35,432 nucleotides of DNA, taken from positions 1-35,432 of the forward strand of contig JBBIJQ010000019.1 of NCBI GenBank assembly GCA_037445915.1. Reading direction: 5' to 3'. The stretch's first letter is position 1. Each line of letters starts with the position of its first letter. Position numbers and translations under genes: made by a program. Of this stretch, positions 1-8,490 are shown piece by piece. Below the pieces are notes generated by a model. The model was not told where the DNA came from. It ran no database searches and saw only the letters and a program-made list of their open reading frames with translations. The stretch is from Planctomycetales bacterium (GTDB taxonomy: Bacteria; 4484-113).

Positions 1-589
1 TGTCGCCCTCAAAGCCGTTAAAAGTCGCCATGAACAAAGGCGGGTTCTCGCGCATGCGCTCCATCGCCTGCTGGCCAAAGCCGGGGCCGGGACGGCCTTC
101 GCCACGTTGGCCGAAGGGGCTATCATCTCTCCTGCCCTGGCCGCGCAATCCCTGGCCATCGCCGTTGCGCCGCTCGCGGACTTTGTCGCCAAGCTGCTTG
201 CGCAGGGCTTCTGCTGCTTCGCGGGTCATCATCGCACGCAGCACGTATTCGTTATCCTCAAAGCTTGTGATGAGAACAACCTCGTCGCCCTTCTTGAAGT
301 TGCTCGCTTTCGCGCCACGGTCTTTGCCTTTAAGAAAGCGCGAGTCGTCACTAAATGCAGCCGTAATCGTTTTAGGCGGGTTTTCCATCGGGCCATCGCG
401 GGGGACGAGGACTTCTGTTACGGCGACAGTAACTGCCTTGCCGCTAATGCTGTCAACCGTGCCCCGGACAATCCGCATGTTGGGGTTTCGCTCGCCGCCA
501 AAGCCCATTCCTGCTTTTTGGGCATATGCGGCGCTGGCGGAGATGATTATCAAGCCCGCCAATATAAACAGTGAGATCCTTTTTATCAT
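1..589 (-). CDS. Secreted hypothetical protein, 3' end runs off the window (possible OB-fold/DUF5666-like domain plus Gly/Arg-rich stretch)
   Basis: Not in the ORF track; translated by hand from ATG at 589 with GGAGG upstream: MIKRISLFILAGLIIISASAAYAQKAG (signal peptide), RIVRGTVDSISGKAVTV...FKKGDEVV, then GQGLRGQGRR...GPGFG; open to the window edge. Confidence 0.8.
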   Translation of the reverse strand, partial: MIKRISLFILAGLIIISASAAYAQKAGMGFGGERNPNMRIVRGTVDSISGKAVTVAVTEVLVPRDGPMENPPKTITAAFSDDSRFLKGKDRGAKASNFKKGDEVVLITSFEDNEYVLRAMMTREAAEALRKQLGDKVRERRNGDGQGLRGQGRRDDSPFGQRGEGRPGPGFGQQAMERMRENPPLFMATFNGFEGD

Positions 590-680
590 AGTAAGGGTTC
601 CTCCATTTCCGGTGTGCTAATAACATAGACGCGCGGAGAGCGAAGATGTTCACGGCGGGCTTGCAGGCGCGCGAGCGGTT

Positions 681-2453
681 CTAATCCAGCGCGGCGAAGA
701 CGAGGTTGGCAGGGAAGTGGGACCCGCCGGCAGGGATGGTGACTAGGTTAATCTCGCGGTTCTCATAAGGCCCCAGCGTCAAAACTTTTATTTGGTAGGG
801 GTCGCGGGCTCGGACCATAGGCGTGCGAACCAGTTCGCCGTTTATGAGAAATACTGCCATCGCATCGCCTGCGGTTGCGTCAAACGAAATGGCCACGGTG
901 CGGCTGTATCCCACGTTGTTTATGAGCGACACCCGGTATTCCAAAAGCACCCCGTAATCGCCCATCAGCGGGCGGCCTCGGTGGTCAAATGTCTCGCCTT
1001 TCCCAACACGAAGGAATAGCCAATTGCCATCCAAGTCGTAGGAGTCGTTGCGCGATGTAGCGCCGGGATGGTAGCGCGGGGAATAATGCGCGCCCGGCGC
1101 GCCGCCAGTGTTTCCTGCAATGTAAGCGTTGTTAGCCGGAGAGCCAGGCTTCTCTGCTACAACAGAAACGCCTACTTCACCGTTGGTTAGCATATGCAGG
1201 TCTATCAGCCCGGAAACGGAATGGTCTGCGTTCGCCACGCGGCTAAAAAGCACAGTTGTTGCGTTTGGCGCTATCGTCAAGTAATAGCCTTGCCCGCGCC
1301 CGTAGCTGCGCAAGTATCGCTCTACTGAGGCGAAGCCGACTTGATAAGTGCTGATGTCCGGGCCGGCATTGCCTGCCCGGTAGAATACACGTTGGTTCGT
1401 GGATGACAGGTTGGCAAGCAAGATGCGAAAACGCAGTTTGTCGCCGCTGCGGTTTTGGTGATGGTAGGCGAGGCGCGCACGGTCACCGTTCACAAGGTGA
1501 GAGCCGTATAGCAAACCCGGCGTGTAAACAGACTCGGGGGCGTTGGAAAACAAAACCGCATTCGCATGGTCGCGGTAAGTAGAACCGCGAGAAACTGTGA
1601 TGGGAATGTTACGGCTGACCTTTATGCGCGACGGAGAGTCCGCAATAACCTTGGCTTCCCAGCCGCTGCCAGATGCTGAAGGCGCGATATCCGAGAACTG
1701 GATTGTCGCGTCGGGCGCAACCGATGCGCTGGCGCTAAGCTGGATCAACATTGCTTCGCGCAACTCGCTCCGGTCTGGTAAGTCACCTGCAAGTTGAAGC
1801 TGAACCTTGTCGGGCAGGTAAGCCGCGAGCTTCCTTACTGTAAAAACGAGTTTCGCCTCGTTAGCGCCAGTGCGCAGGTGAATCTCGCCTTCGCCTTCCG
1901 ATAATCCGCTGACTGTTACTGTCGTGCCGCGCACATCAATGCCGATGACTTCAGGCTTTGGGTTCAGCGCTTCTATTTCTGCGCCGCCAGCGCCTACGAT
2001 GCGCACGGAGCGCTTCTCGCCGACTGGTATTAGCAGCTTGCCTGGGACTGCTGCAAACGGCGGGTAGTTAATCGCCTTGCGCAGCCGTGAGACGATAGTC
2101 CCTGCGATCTGGCTTACCGGCACGTTCGGCGAAGTTATTTCGGCCGTGGGTATTTTAAACTCAACTTTCGCTGAGACTTTGATTGTAAGCACAGACTTCG
2201 CAACCTTAATGCTCTCTGGCGCGAAGATGCTGGCTGACGTGCTGCGCACTTCGCGCGCCATCGCGTTGGCCAGGTTGGTCAAGACCGCCTGGTTGGTGGC
2301 GGAGTAGGCCAATACGATTATCTCAGCCGCGTTCACCGTAAGCGTAACCCTGTTTCCGTCCGCGCTTACATCCGTAACAAATTCCGCGCGCGCAGGCGCA
2401 GCCCCTAAAAAGAGCAATGGGATTGCCAACACAACAAGGATAAGCATTCGCAC
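681..2453 (-). CDS. Secreted 590-aa protein of unknown function
   Basis: Long ORF, GTG start, signal peptide MRMLILVVLAIPLLFLGAAPARA, beta-rich body; TGCTATAAT 8 nt upstream of the start. Confidence 0.85.
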   Translation of the reverse strand: MRMLILVVLAIPLLFLGAAPARAEFVTDVSADGNRVTLTVNAAEIIVLAYSATNQAVLTNLANAMAREVRSTSASIFAPESIKVAKSVLTIKVSAKVEFKIPTAEITSPNVPVSQIAGTIVSRLRKAINYPPFAAVPGKLLIPVGEKRSVRIVGAGGAEIEALNPKPEVIGIDVRGTTVTVSGLSEGEGEIHLRTGANEAKLVFTVRKLAAYLPDKVQLQLAGDLPDRSELREAMLIQLSASASVAPDATIQFSDIAPSASGSGWEAKVIADSPSRIKVSRNIPITVSRGSTYRDHANAVLFSNAPESVYTPGLLYGSHLVNGDRARLAYHHQNRSGDKLRFRILLANLSSTNQRVFYRAGNAGPDISTYQVGFASVERYLRSYGRGQGYYLTIAPNATTVLFSRVANADHSVSGLIDLHMLTNGEVGVSVVAEKPGSPANNAYIAGNTGGAPGAHYSPRYHPGATSRNDSYDLDGNWLFLRVGKGETFDHRGRPLMGDYGVLLEYRVSLINNVGYSRTVAISFDATAGDAMAVFLINGELVRTPMVRARDPYQIKVLTLGPYENREINLVTIPAGGSHFPANLVFAALD

Positions 2454-2461
2454 GAACAGAG

Positions 2462-2470
2462 ATTATAGCA
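2462..2470 (-). promoter_or_regulatory. Extended -10 element (TGCTATAAT)
   Basis: Perfect TGnTATAAT 8 nt before the GTG at 2453; no Shine-Dalgarno in between. Confidence 0.65.
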
Positions 2471-2475
2471 GCAGT

Positions 2476-2503
2476 AAAAAAACGAACCCCCCTTTCGGGG
2501 GGT
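2476..2503 (-). terminator. Intrinsic terminator
   Basis: Minus strand reads ACCCCCC-GAAA-GGGGGGT-TCG-TTTTTTT: 7-bp GC-rich stem, GNRA loop, U7 tract. Confidence 0.7.
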
Positions 2504-2597
2504 ATGGGGGATTATGGCCAGACAGCACCAATTGTAAAGGTACATCTGTCACTAAGTTAGACTCTCCTCGGCGGAAAATGTTCCCGCTGGCGAGGGA
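2476..2597 (-). ncRNA. Candidate structured sRNA or cis-regulatory leader (three hairpins ending in a terminator)
   Basis: Stems at 2595-2566 and 2550-2519 contain G-U pairs that form only on the minus strand, followed by the terminator; no family recognised. Confidence 0.4.
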
Positions 2598-2649
2598 TAA
2601 TTTTCCTGCTATTTGGTTTGCTTGCAGCCTCATCTGGTATCCTTTCCCC

Positions 2650-5106
2650 GTGCTTATCCGGGGTGCAGATGATTTGGAGTTTCCGCGAGTGCTGGAGCGG
2701 ACGGCGGCGCACTGCCAGTCCGAAGCCGGCCGCAGGCGGATACTAGCTTCCGCGCCCAGCGGGGAACACGCATTCGTAGAGGCTCTGCTTGACGAAACCG
2801 CAGAGGGCATCCACTTCTGGCAGCGCACTCTCGCACCTGCATCTGTCAGCCTTTCGGCAATCCCCGAAACTACCGCTTTTGTTGGCGCATTCCAGGAAGG
2901 CATAGTTCCCGAGCGCGAGGACATCCTAGCCCTTGGCCGCTTCCTGCAAGTAAGCGAAAAGGCGCGCAAGCTCCTGCGCGAAATCACGCCTGATAGATCC
3001 CCGCGCTTGGCAACGCTGACCGCAGGCTTCGCGGACTTGAGTGCGCTCCTAACTGATTACGCCCGCATTTTCAACGAAGATGCCGAGGTGCGCGATAGCG
3101 CGTCCCGTCAACTTAAAGAATTGCGCCGCGACCTGTCAGGCTTGATGGGGAGCATTGAAGGGCGCATCCGCGGCCTTATCCGCCACCGCGCCCCTTCGCT
3201 CACTGAAGATATCCACCTCTCGATCCGCAACAACCGCCTAACGGTGAATGTACCCATCGGGATGCTTTCGCAGTTCAAGGGAATGGTCGTTGACTACTCA
3301 TCGTCTGGCGCGAGCGTGTATGTGGAGCCTGGTGAAGTTGTGGAGATGAACAACGAGCGCCAGCAGCTCTTTCTCGCTGAGGAAATGGAGGTGCGGCGCA
3401 TAATTCAGGAATACTCCGCGTTGGTGCAGTCGCGCCGTGATGAGCTTCTCGGCAACTATGAGACGCTGGCGGCGCTGGATGAGACACTAGGACGCGCGCG
3501 ATACAGCATCGCTATAAGCGGAGTGCGCCCATCAGTGGATACTAGCGGGAGCATCATCCTTAAGCAGGCTCGGCATCCGCTGATGTTGGAAGGGTTCGTG
3601 CCTGAAGACTTCGCCTTTGAGTCGGAGCGCATCGCCATCGTAAGCGGCGTTAACGCCGGCGGCAAGAGCGTACTGCTGAAAATGGCTGGGTTGTTCACTC
3701 TGATGGCATACTGCGGTATCTTCGTCCCAGCGCAGGAAGGAACGACTGTCGGTATGCACAGCGGCGTGTTCGTGCAAATCGGGGATGAGCAAAGCGTTCT
3801 CAATAACCTAAGCACCTTTACTGCGCATGTCGCATTCCTGCGCGAAATGCTGTCGCAGCTTGAAGAGCGCGAAAGCGGCGGCCCCTTGGCACTGGTGCTG
3901 ATGGACGAGCTGGGGACAGGCACAGACCCGCGCGAAGGCTCTGCTCTCGGATATGCTTTGCTTGAGCGCTTGCGCGAACTTCCCGCGAAGGTAATCGTGA
4001 CGACGCACTACGACTTAATCAAAACGCTGGGCGAGCGCTATCCCGACTGCAAGAACTTCAGCCTCGCCTTTGACGAGGAGAAGTTGCGCCCTAGTTACCG
4101 CGTGCTGGACGGCATACCCGGGTCAAGCTTCGCGTTCCATATCGCGCGCAGCCAGGGGCTTTCGCAGAGCCTCATTGCGCGCGCGGTTGAGCTGGCAGCG
4201 GGAAAAGAAGAAGCGTTCGCAGACGTTGTGGAATCGCTGCGCAGGAAGCAGCAGGCGCTTGAGGGGGAGCAGCAGCAGGCGCGCCGCGAGCGCATCTCGT
4301 TGCAGAACAAGGCTGCGCAGGCTGACGAAGAACGCGCGAAGTTACTTGAGCGCGAGGCGCAACTTCGCAAGCAGATAACCGAACTGAAACGCGACTTTGA
4401 GGTGAAGACCGAGGAGTTCATCTCGCAGGCAAAAAAGCGCTTACGCGAAAAGCTAAGGGAATCTCGCGGCCGGAGCGGGCTGGAAGTCGCATCCGAGTTC
4501 TCCGCCGAAGTGCAGTCAAAGCGCGAAAGCGCGCTTGCGGGCCTTGAGCGCGAGCTTGGCATCGCCAGCACCAGTGCTTATGAGAGCGAGATTATGTTCG
4601 CGGTGGGCCAGAGCGTTCCCTTGCCGGAACATGGCGTTGTCGGCGAAGTCTTGGCCGTTGACCAGTCCCGGCAAACTCTTGAGTTGAACATTAGCGGGAA
4701 GATAATGAAACTCTCGTTTTCAAAGGCCGCCCAAATGATGCGCACACCAAGCCCGCGCGTCTCATCGTCCGCCAAGCACTTGCAGATGTCAGCCGTCGAG
4801 CAGCGTAGGCTGCGCGCGATGGGCAAGTCGCTGGACGCGGAAAACACCGGGGTGCTGTTCACGACCGCGCACCAGCTTGACTTGCACGGCCACACGAAGG
4901 AAGAAGCGTTGCCTAAGCTGGAGAAGTTCATCTCCGACGCCATCCTCAACGACTTCAGCTCTGTGATGATTATGCACGGGGTGGGGACGGGCGCGCTGAA
5001 GAAGTTCGTCTGGGAATGGCTACGCGCATCGCGCGACATCGCCCGCTTCCGCGAAGCCACCGCCGAAGAAGGCGGCAAGGGCATCACCATCGCTACGCTG
5101 AAGTAA
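2650..5106 (+). CDS. mutS2: MutS2 family ATPase/endonuclease
   Basis: N-terminal LEF..VLE motif, SSSGASVYVEP, ARHPL, Walker A GVNAGGKS, IGDEQS..NLSTF, Walker B LMDELGTGTDP.EG, TTHY, coiled coil, C-terminal Smr domain (LDLHG...HGVGTGALK...GG.G.T). Start moved to the in-frame GTG at 2650, 6 nt after TGGTATCCT. Confidence 0.95.
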   Translation: MLIRGADDLEFPRVLERTAAHCQSEAGRRRILASAPSGEHAFVEALLDETAEGIHFWQRTLAPASVSLSAIPETTAFVGAFQEGIVPEREDILALGRFLQVSEKARKLLREITPDRSPRLATLTAGFADLSALLTDYARIFNEDAEVRDSASRQLKELRRDLSGLMGSIEGRIRGLIRHRAPSLTEDIHLSIRNNRLTVNVPIGMLSQFKGMVVDYSSSGASVYVEPGEVVEMNNERQQLFLAEEMEVRRIIQEYSALVQSRRDELLGNYETLAALDETLGRARYSIAISGVRPSVDTSGSIILKQARHPLMLEGFVPEDFAFESERIAIVSGVNAGGKSVLLKMAGLFTLMAYCGIFVPAQEGTTVGMHSGVFVQIGDEQSVLNNLSTFTAHVAFLREMLSQLEERESGGPLALVLMDELGTGTDPREGSALGYALLERLRELPAKVIVTTHYDLIKTLGERYPDCKNFSLAFDEEKLRPSYRVLDGIPGSSFAFHIARSQGLSQSLIARAVELAAGKEEAFADVVESLRRKQQALEGEQQQARRERISLQNKAAQADEERAKLLEREAQLRKQITELKRDFEVKTEEFISQAKKRLREKLRESRGRSGLEVASEFSAEVQSKRESALAGLERELGIASTSAYESEIMFAVGQSVPLPEHGVVGEVLAVDQSRQTLELNISGKIMKLSFSKAAQMMRTPSPRVSSSAKHLQMSAVEQRRLRAMGKSLDAENTGVLFTTAHQLDLHGHTKEEALPKLEKFISDAILNDFSSVMIMHGVGTGALKKFVWEWLRASRDIARFREATAEEGGKGITIATLK

Positions 5107-5151
5107 CGATAGAGAATCTCCTCCTAGAAAGCAGAAAAAGCTATCATATTG

Positions 5152-5160
5152 TGGTATCAT
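5152..5160 (+). promoter_or_regulatory. Extended -10 element (TGGTATCAT) of the toxin-antitoxin operon
   Basis: 6 nt before ATG 5167; overlaps the second of two TATCATA direct repeats. Confidence 0.6.
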
Positions 5161-5166
5161 AAGTTG

Positions 5167-5433
5167 ATGCAGAGCACAACATCAACTGTTGATTGCGCCG
5201 TAGTGACCCTACGGCTTCCAACATGGCTCTACGAAGCCGTAAAGATGCTTGCCGAAGAAAAAGGTATCTCCATTAACCAATTCATCGTAGATGCCTTAAA
5301 GAAAGCGGTAAAGGCGGAGCGCATAAAGCTTGCGCGCGAAGGTTACGCCGAGTATGCCCGCGAAGGACGCGCCGAGCTTGAAGAAGGCATGGCGGAATGG
5401 AGCGAGATGCTGGAGCGCGATGATGCCCGTTGA
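5167..5433 (+). CDS. Antitoxin, ribbon-helix-helix (CopG/HicB-like DNA-binding domain)
   Basis: VTLRLPTWLYEAVKMLAEEKGISINQFIVDAL is an RHH pattern; acidic C-terminus; overlaps the downstream toxin ORF. Confidence 0.8.
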   Translation: MQSTTSTVDCAVVTLRLPTWLYEAVKMLAEEKGISINQFIVDALKKAVKAERIKLAREGYAEYAREGRAELEEGMAEWSEMLERDDAR

Positions 5434-5782
5434 TGCATATAGGCTTCAGATTGGGTCGGTAGTTATCGCAAAGCTCGATCCCGTTGTTGGAAGCGAAGTC
5501 GGGAAAGACAGGGCTTGCATTGTTCATCAGGTTGCGGTTGAGCCTGATGGGTCAGTCACATTACTACCGGTCAGCACAAAAGCACCATCCAAGGATTATC
5601 CCTTCATTGCTTTCCTGCCAAAAGGGGCAGGCGGACTACTAAGAGATTCATGGGTGAAGTGCCAATTCATCCGCACAGTGGACTTCTCACGGATTTTCAA
5701 GCATGTGGGAGATTTGAACGAGGAGGACCTTAAGCGCGTTTCAGATGCGCTGCTGTTCCACCTTGGGTTGAGTGAGTATTGA
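5423..5782 (+). CDS. mazF: PemK/MazF family toxin (endoribonuclease)
   Basis: LDPVVGSEVGKDRACIV, LPVST, GGLLRDSWVKCQFIRTVD..R, VSDALLFHLGL; GGAG at 5412-5415 supports a start at 5423 (or 5420). Confidence 0.9.
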   Translation: MPVDAYRLQIGSVVIAKLDPVVGSEVGKDRACIVHQVAVEPDGSVTLLPVSTKAPSKDYPFIAFLPKGAGGLLRDSWVKCQFIRTVDFSRIFKHVGDLNEEDLKRVSDALLFHLGLSEY

Positions 5783-5788
5783 GGTAGC

Positions 5789-6319
5789 CTAGAACCCCAA
5801 GTCTTCCCGCGTGAACAGGGCGTTGAAGGGCATGTTTGCTTCCGCAAACGCCTCACCGCTGCCTTCGGCGCGGTCAAGCACAGCGATGACGCCGACGACT
5901 GAAAGCCCAACGTCAGTTTTCAGGCGCTCAATCATCTGCAGTACCTGCCCGCCGGTCGTCACGACGTCCTCCACCATCAGCACGCGCTCGCCGGGCTCAA
6001 ACACGCCTTCCACGAGTTTGGATGTGCCGTGCTCCTTCACCGACTTGCGCACGAAGATGCACGGGATATCCGTCTCCAGCGAAAGCGCGGTGACGATGGG
6101 AATTGCGCCAAGTTCAACGCCTGCCAGCCGCGTCACGTCTTCAGGCACGAGCCGCGCCATGTGGTGCGCGATGCTGCGGATGATGCCGGGAATGCCCTCA
6201 AAGAGGTATTTGTCCAGGTAGTACTTGCTACGCTTTCCGCTTCGGAGGACAAAGTCCCCCTCAAGGAGCGCGACTTCCTTCAGTTTCGCAATCAACTCGG
6301 TTCGTTTGTAATACCGCAT
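5789..6319 (-). CDS. pyrE: Orotate phosphoribosyltransferase
   Basis: GDFVLRSGKRSKYYLD, FVRK..KEHGT, PRPP motif VEDVVTTGG; start set at ATG 6319, 9 nt after TGTTATAAT (6329-6337). Confidence 0.93.
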   Translation of the reverse strand: MRYYKRTELIAKLKEVALLEGDFVLRSGKRSKYYLDKYLFEGIPGIIRSIAHHMARLVPEDVTRLAGVELGAIPIVTALSLETDIPCIFVRKSVKEHGTSKLVEGVFEPGERVLMVEDVVTTGGQVLQMIERLKTDVGLSVVGVIAVLDRAEGSGEAFAEANMPFNALFTREDLGF

Positions 6320-6435
6320 GCCGCAGGCATTATAACAGAACCGCAAAGCCGGGCTTCTGGTCGCTTACCATCGGGCTCATTACCATTCCATGGCAGAGTT
6401 CGCGAAGCGTTTGTGCTAGACTCTCGCGGCTGACT

Positions 6436-7122
6436 ATGGTTCACAAGAGGCGCATAGCGGTTGTTGGGCTGAACACCTTCGGGCATGCGCTCATGCACGC
6501 CATGAGCGAGCATGGGCAGGTGTGCCTGGGGATTGATATCAGCCGGGATGTGGTGCAGCATTTCGCCGCCGAGTTCCCGTCGGTGATGGAAGTGGACGCG
6601 ACAAGCGCGGATGCGCTCATCGCCGCCGGCATTAAGGAATACGACCTGGCTGTGGTCACGTTGGGAACCGACCTTGCAGCCTCGGTGCTGGCGACGCTAG
6701 CGCTGAAGCAAATCGGCGTCCCCAAAATCGCGGCAAAAGCGAAGAGCGCTCAGCACGGCGAAGTTCTACGTCGGGTGGGGGCCGATTTCGTCATCTTTCC
6801 CGAACGCGACAGCGCGCAGCGGCTCGCGCAAATGATGCTTTTTATCGGGTTGGCGGACGTGCATACAGTAACCGACGGGTTTTCCATCGCCACCGCCGCG
6901 CCGCTGCCGGAAATGGTGGGCAAGGCCATCCGCCAAACAGATCTGCGCTCGCGGTTCAAGCTAAACATAATTCTAATCGGTCATGCCGGCGGCTCAAGGA
7001 CCGCGCCAGAGCCTGATTACATAGTCAAGGCGGACGACCTGTTTTACCTTGCCGGCTGGGACAAGGGGCTTAGCGATTACAGCAGCGTTCTAACTTCCAA
7101 GCATGGTCGGAATCGCCGTTAG
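6436..7122 (+). CDS. ktrA: KtrA/TrkA family K+ uptake regulatory subunit (RCK_N + RCK_C)
   Basis: Rossmann start IAVVGLNTFG, DATS, AKA....HGEVL..VGAD.VIFPE, C-terminal RCK_C (LRSRFKLNIILI...PEPDYIV); directly upstream of the KtrB-like gene. Confidence 0.88.
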   Translation: MVHKRRIAVVGLNTFGHALMHAMSEHGQVCLGIDISRDVVQHFAAEFPSVMEVDATSADALIAAGIKEYDLAVVTLGTDLAASVLATLALKQIGVPKIAAKAKSAQHGEVLRRVGADFVIFPERDSAQRLAQMMLFIGLADVHTVTDGFSIATAAPLPEMVGKAIRQTDLRSRFKLNIILIGHAGGSRTAPEPDYIVKADDLFYLAGWDKGLSDYSSVLTSKHGRNRR

Positions 7123-7131
7123 GTACACTTA

Positions 7132-8481
7132 ATGCGTAGTACGCAAAAGAGGGGAGCGCAGCCGATTGCAGCAAGGGTGCTACTGGGGGGCTTTCTCGGG
7201 TTTATTCTAGCGGGCACGCTCCTCTTGGCGCTTCCTGTTTCCAATGCCGCCGGAAATTGGACACCGATGCTCACCGCTTTTTTCACTTCCACATCGGCGG
7301 TCTGCGTCACCGGCCTCATCGTCGTTGACACCTCGGCTTACTACACAACTTTCGGCAAGGTGGTTATCCTGGTGCTTATCCAGCTTGGAGGGCTAGGCTA
7401 CGCCGTCGCATACAGTAGCATCATCATGCTCCTGCGACGCCGCCTTTCCCAGCGCGACCAGGAGACCATCAAGGCGGGAATGAACCTGCCACACCTTGGC
7501 CACCAGCGCGAAGTCCTCAAGCTCGTGCTCATTAGCACGCTGTGCTTTCAGGCGCTGGGCGCGCTATTAGTAATGCCGGCGTTCCTTCACCACCGCAGCG
7601 GCGGGCTGGGCGCCTTTGACGCGCTGTTCCAGGCAGTGTCGGCATTCAACAATGCAGGCTTTTCCACCTATTCCGACAGCCTGACAACTTTCAGCACAAG
7701 CTACGTGGTCGGGCTGGTGTTGCCGACGCTTGTAATCATCGGCGGCATCGGCGTGTTCGTGCAGGCCGACCTTTGGGAGCGGTTTGTGACGCGCAAGCGG
7801 CTGAGGCTTTCGCTGCACACGATTGTCGTGCTGAGGACGACGCTCTTGCTGGTCGTTGGCGGGTTGATTCTCGTGCTGCTCTTTGAATGGAACAACCCGG
7901 CGGTCTTCGGCGGGGACGGCGTTGGCGAGAGGCTTATAAAGGCCTACGGGATGAGTGTTTTCCCGCGCACATGCGGCTTTCATATGGTTGACTACAAGAT
8001 GGTCATGCCGATGACATACTGGCTCACCATCCTGTTAATGTTTATCGGCGCAAGCCCAGGCGGGACCGGGGGCGGCGTTAAAACGACAACAGCCGCGATG
8101 GCGTTTTTGGCGACGCTCAACACTTTCCGCAACCGGACATCCACCTACATCCACGGGCGCAAGATTCCTGCCAAGGCGCTCTTAAACTCGTACGCGCTAA
8201 TCACGGTATGGGTTACAGTGCTGATATTAGCCATACCAGCTATTAGCCACTTTGACCCGGGGCTGGACATCACGGACGTCGTCTTTGAAGCGGTCAGCGC
8301 GCTTGGCACTGTCGGCAACTCTCGCGGCGTCACCGCGCTGCTATCAGAGCCTAGCCAGCTAATCCTCATAGCGCTGATGCTGATTGGGCGAATAGGCCCC
8401 ATCACAGTAGGCAGTATTGCGTTCCGCCAGGCCGCGCCCGACCTCGTGCATTATCCGGTGGAAGACGTTCTGGTCGGCTAG
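7132..8481 (+). CDS. ktrB: KtrB/TrkH family K+ transporter membrane subunit
   Basis: Pore motifs TSAVCVTGL, SAFNNAGFS, PRTCGF, SALGTVG; MFIGASPGGTGGGVKTTT; GRIGPIT. Confidence 0.92.
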   Translation: MRSTQKRGAQPIAARVLLGGFLGFILAGTLLLALPVSNAAGNWTPMLTAFFTSTSAVCVTGLIVVDTSAYYTTFGKVVILVLIQLGGLGYAVAYSSIIMLLRRRLSQRDQETIKAGMNLPHLGHQREVLKLVLISTLCFQALGALLVMPAFLHHRSGGLGAFDALFQAVSAFNNAGFSTYSDSLTTFSTSYVVGLVLPTLVIIGGIGVFVQADLWERFVTRKRLRLSLHTIVVLRTTLLLVVGGLILVLLFEWNNPAVFGGDGVGERLIKAYGMSVFPRTCGFHMVDYKMVMPMTYWLTILLMFIGASPGGTGGGVKTTTAAMAFLATLNTFRNRTSTYIHGRKIPAKALLNSYALITVWVTVLILAIPAISHFDPGLDITDVVFEAVSALGTVGNSRGVTALLSEPSQLILIALMLIGRIGPITVGSIAFRQAAPDLVHYPVEDVLVG

Positions 8482-8490
8482 GGGCGCGCC

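Noticed and set aside
30-620. Plus-strand ORFs 30..620 and 107..574
   Set aside because: Antisense shadows of the minus-strand secreted protein, which has an RBS and a signal peptide
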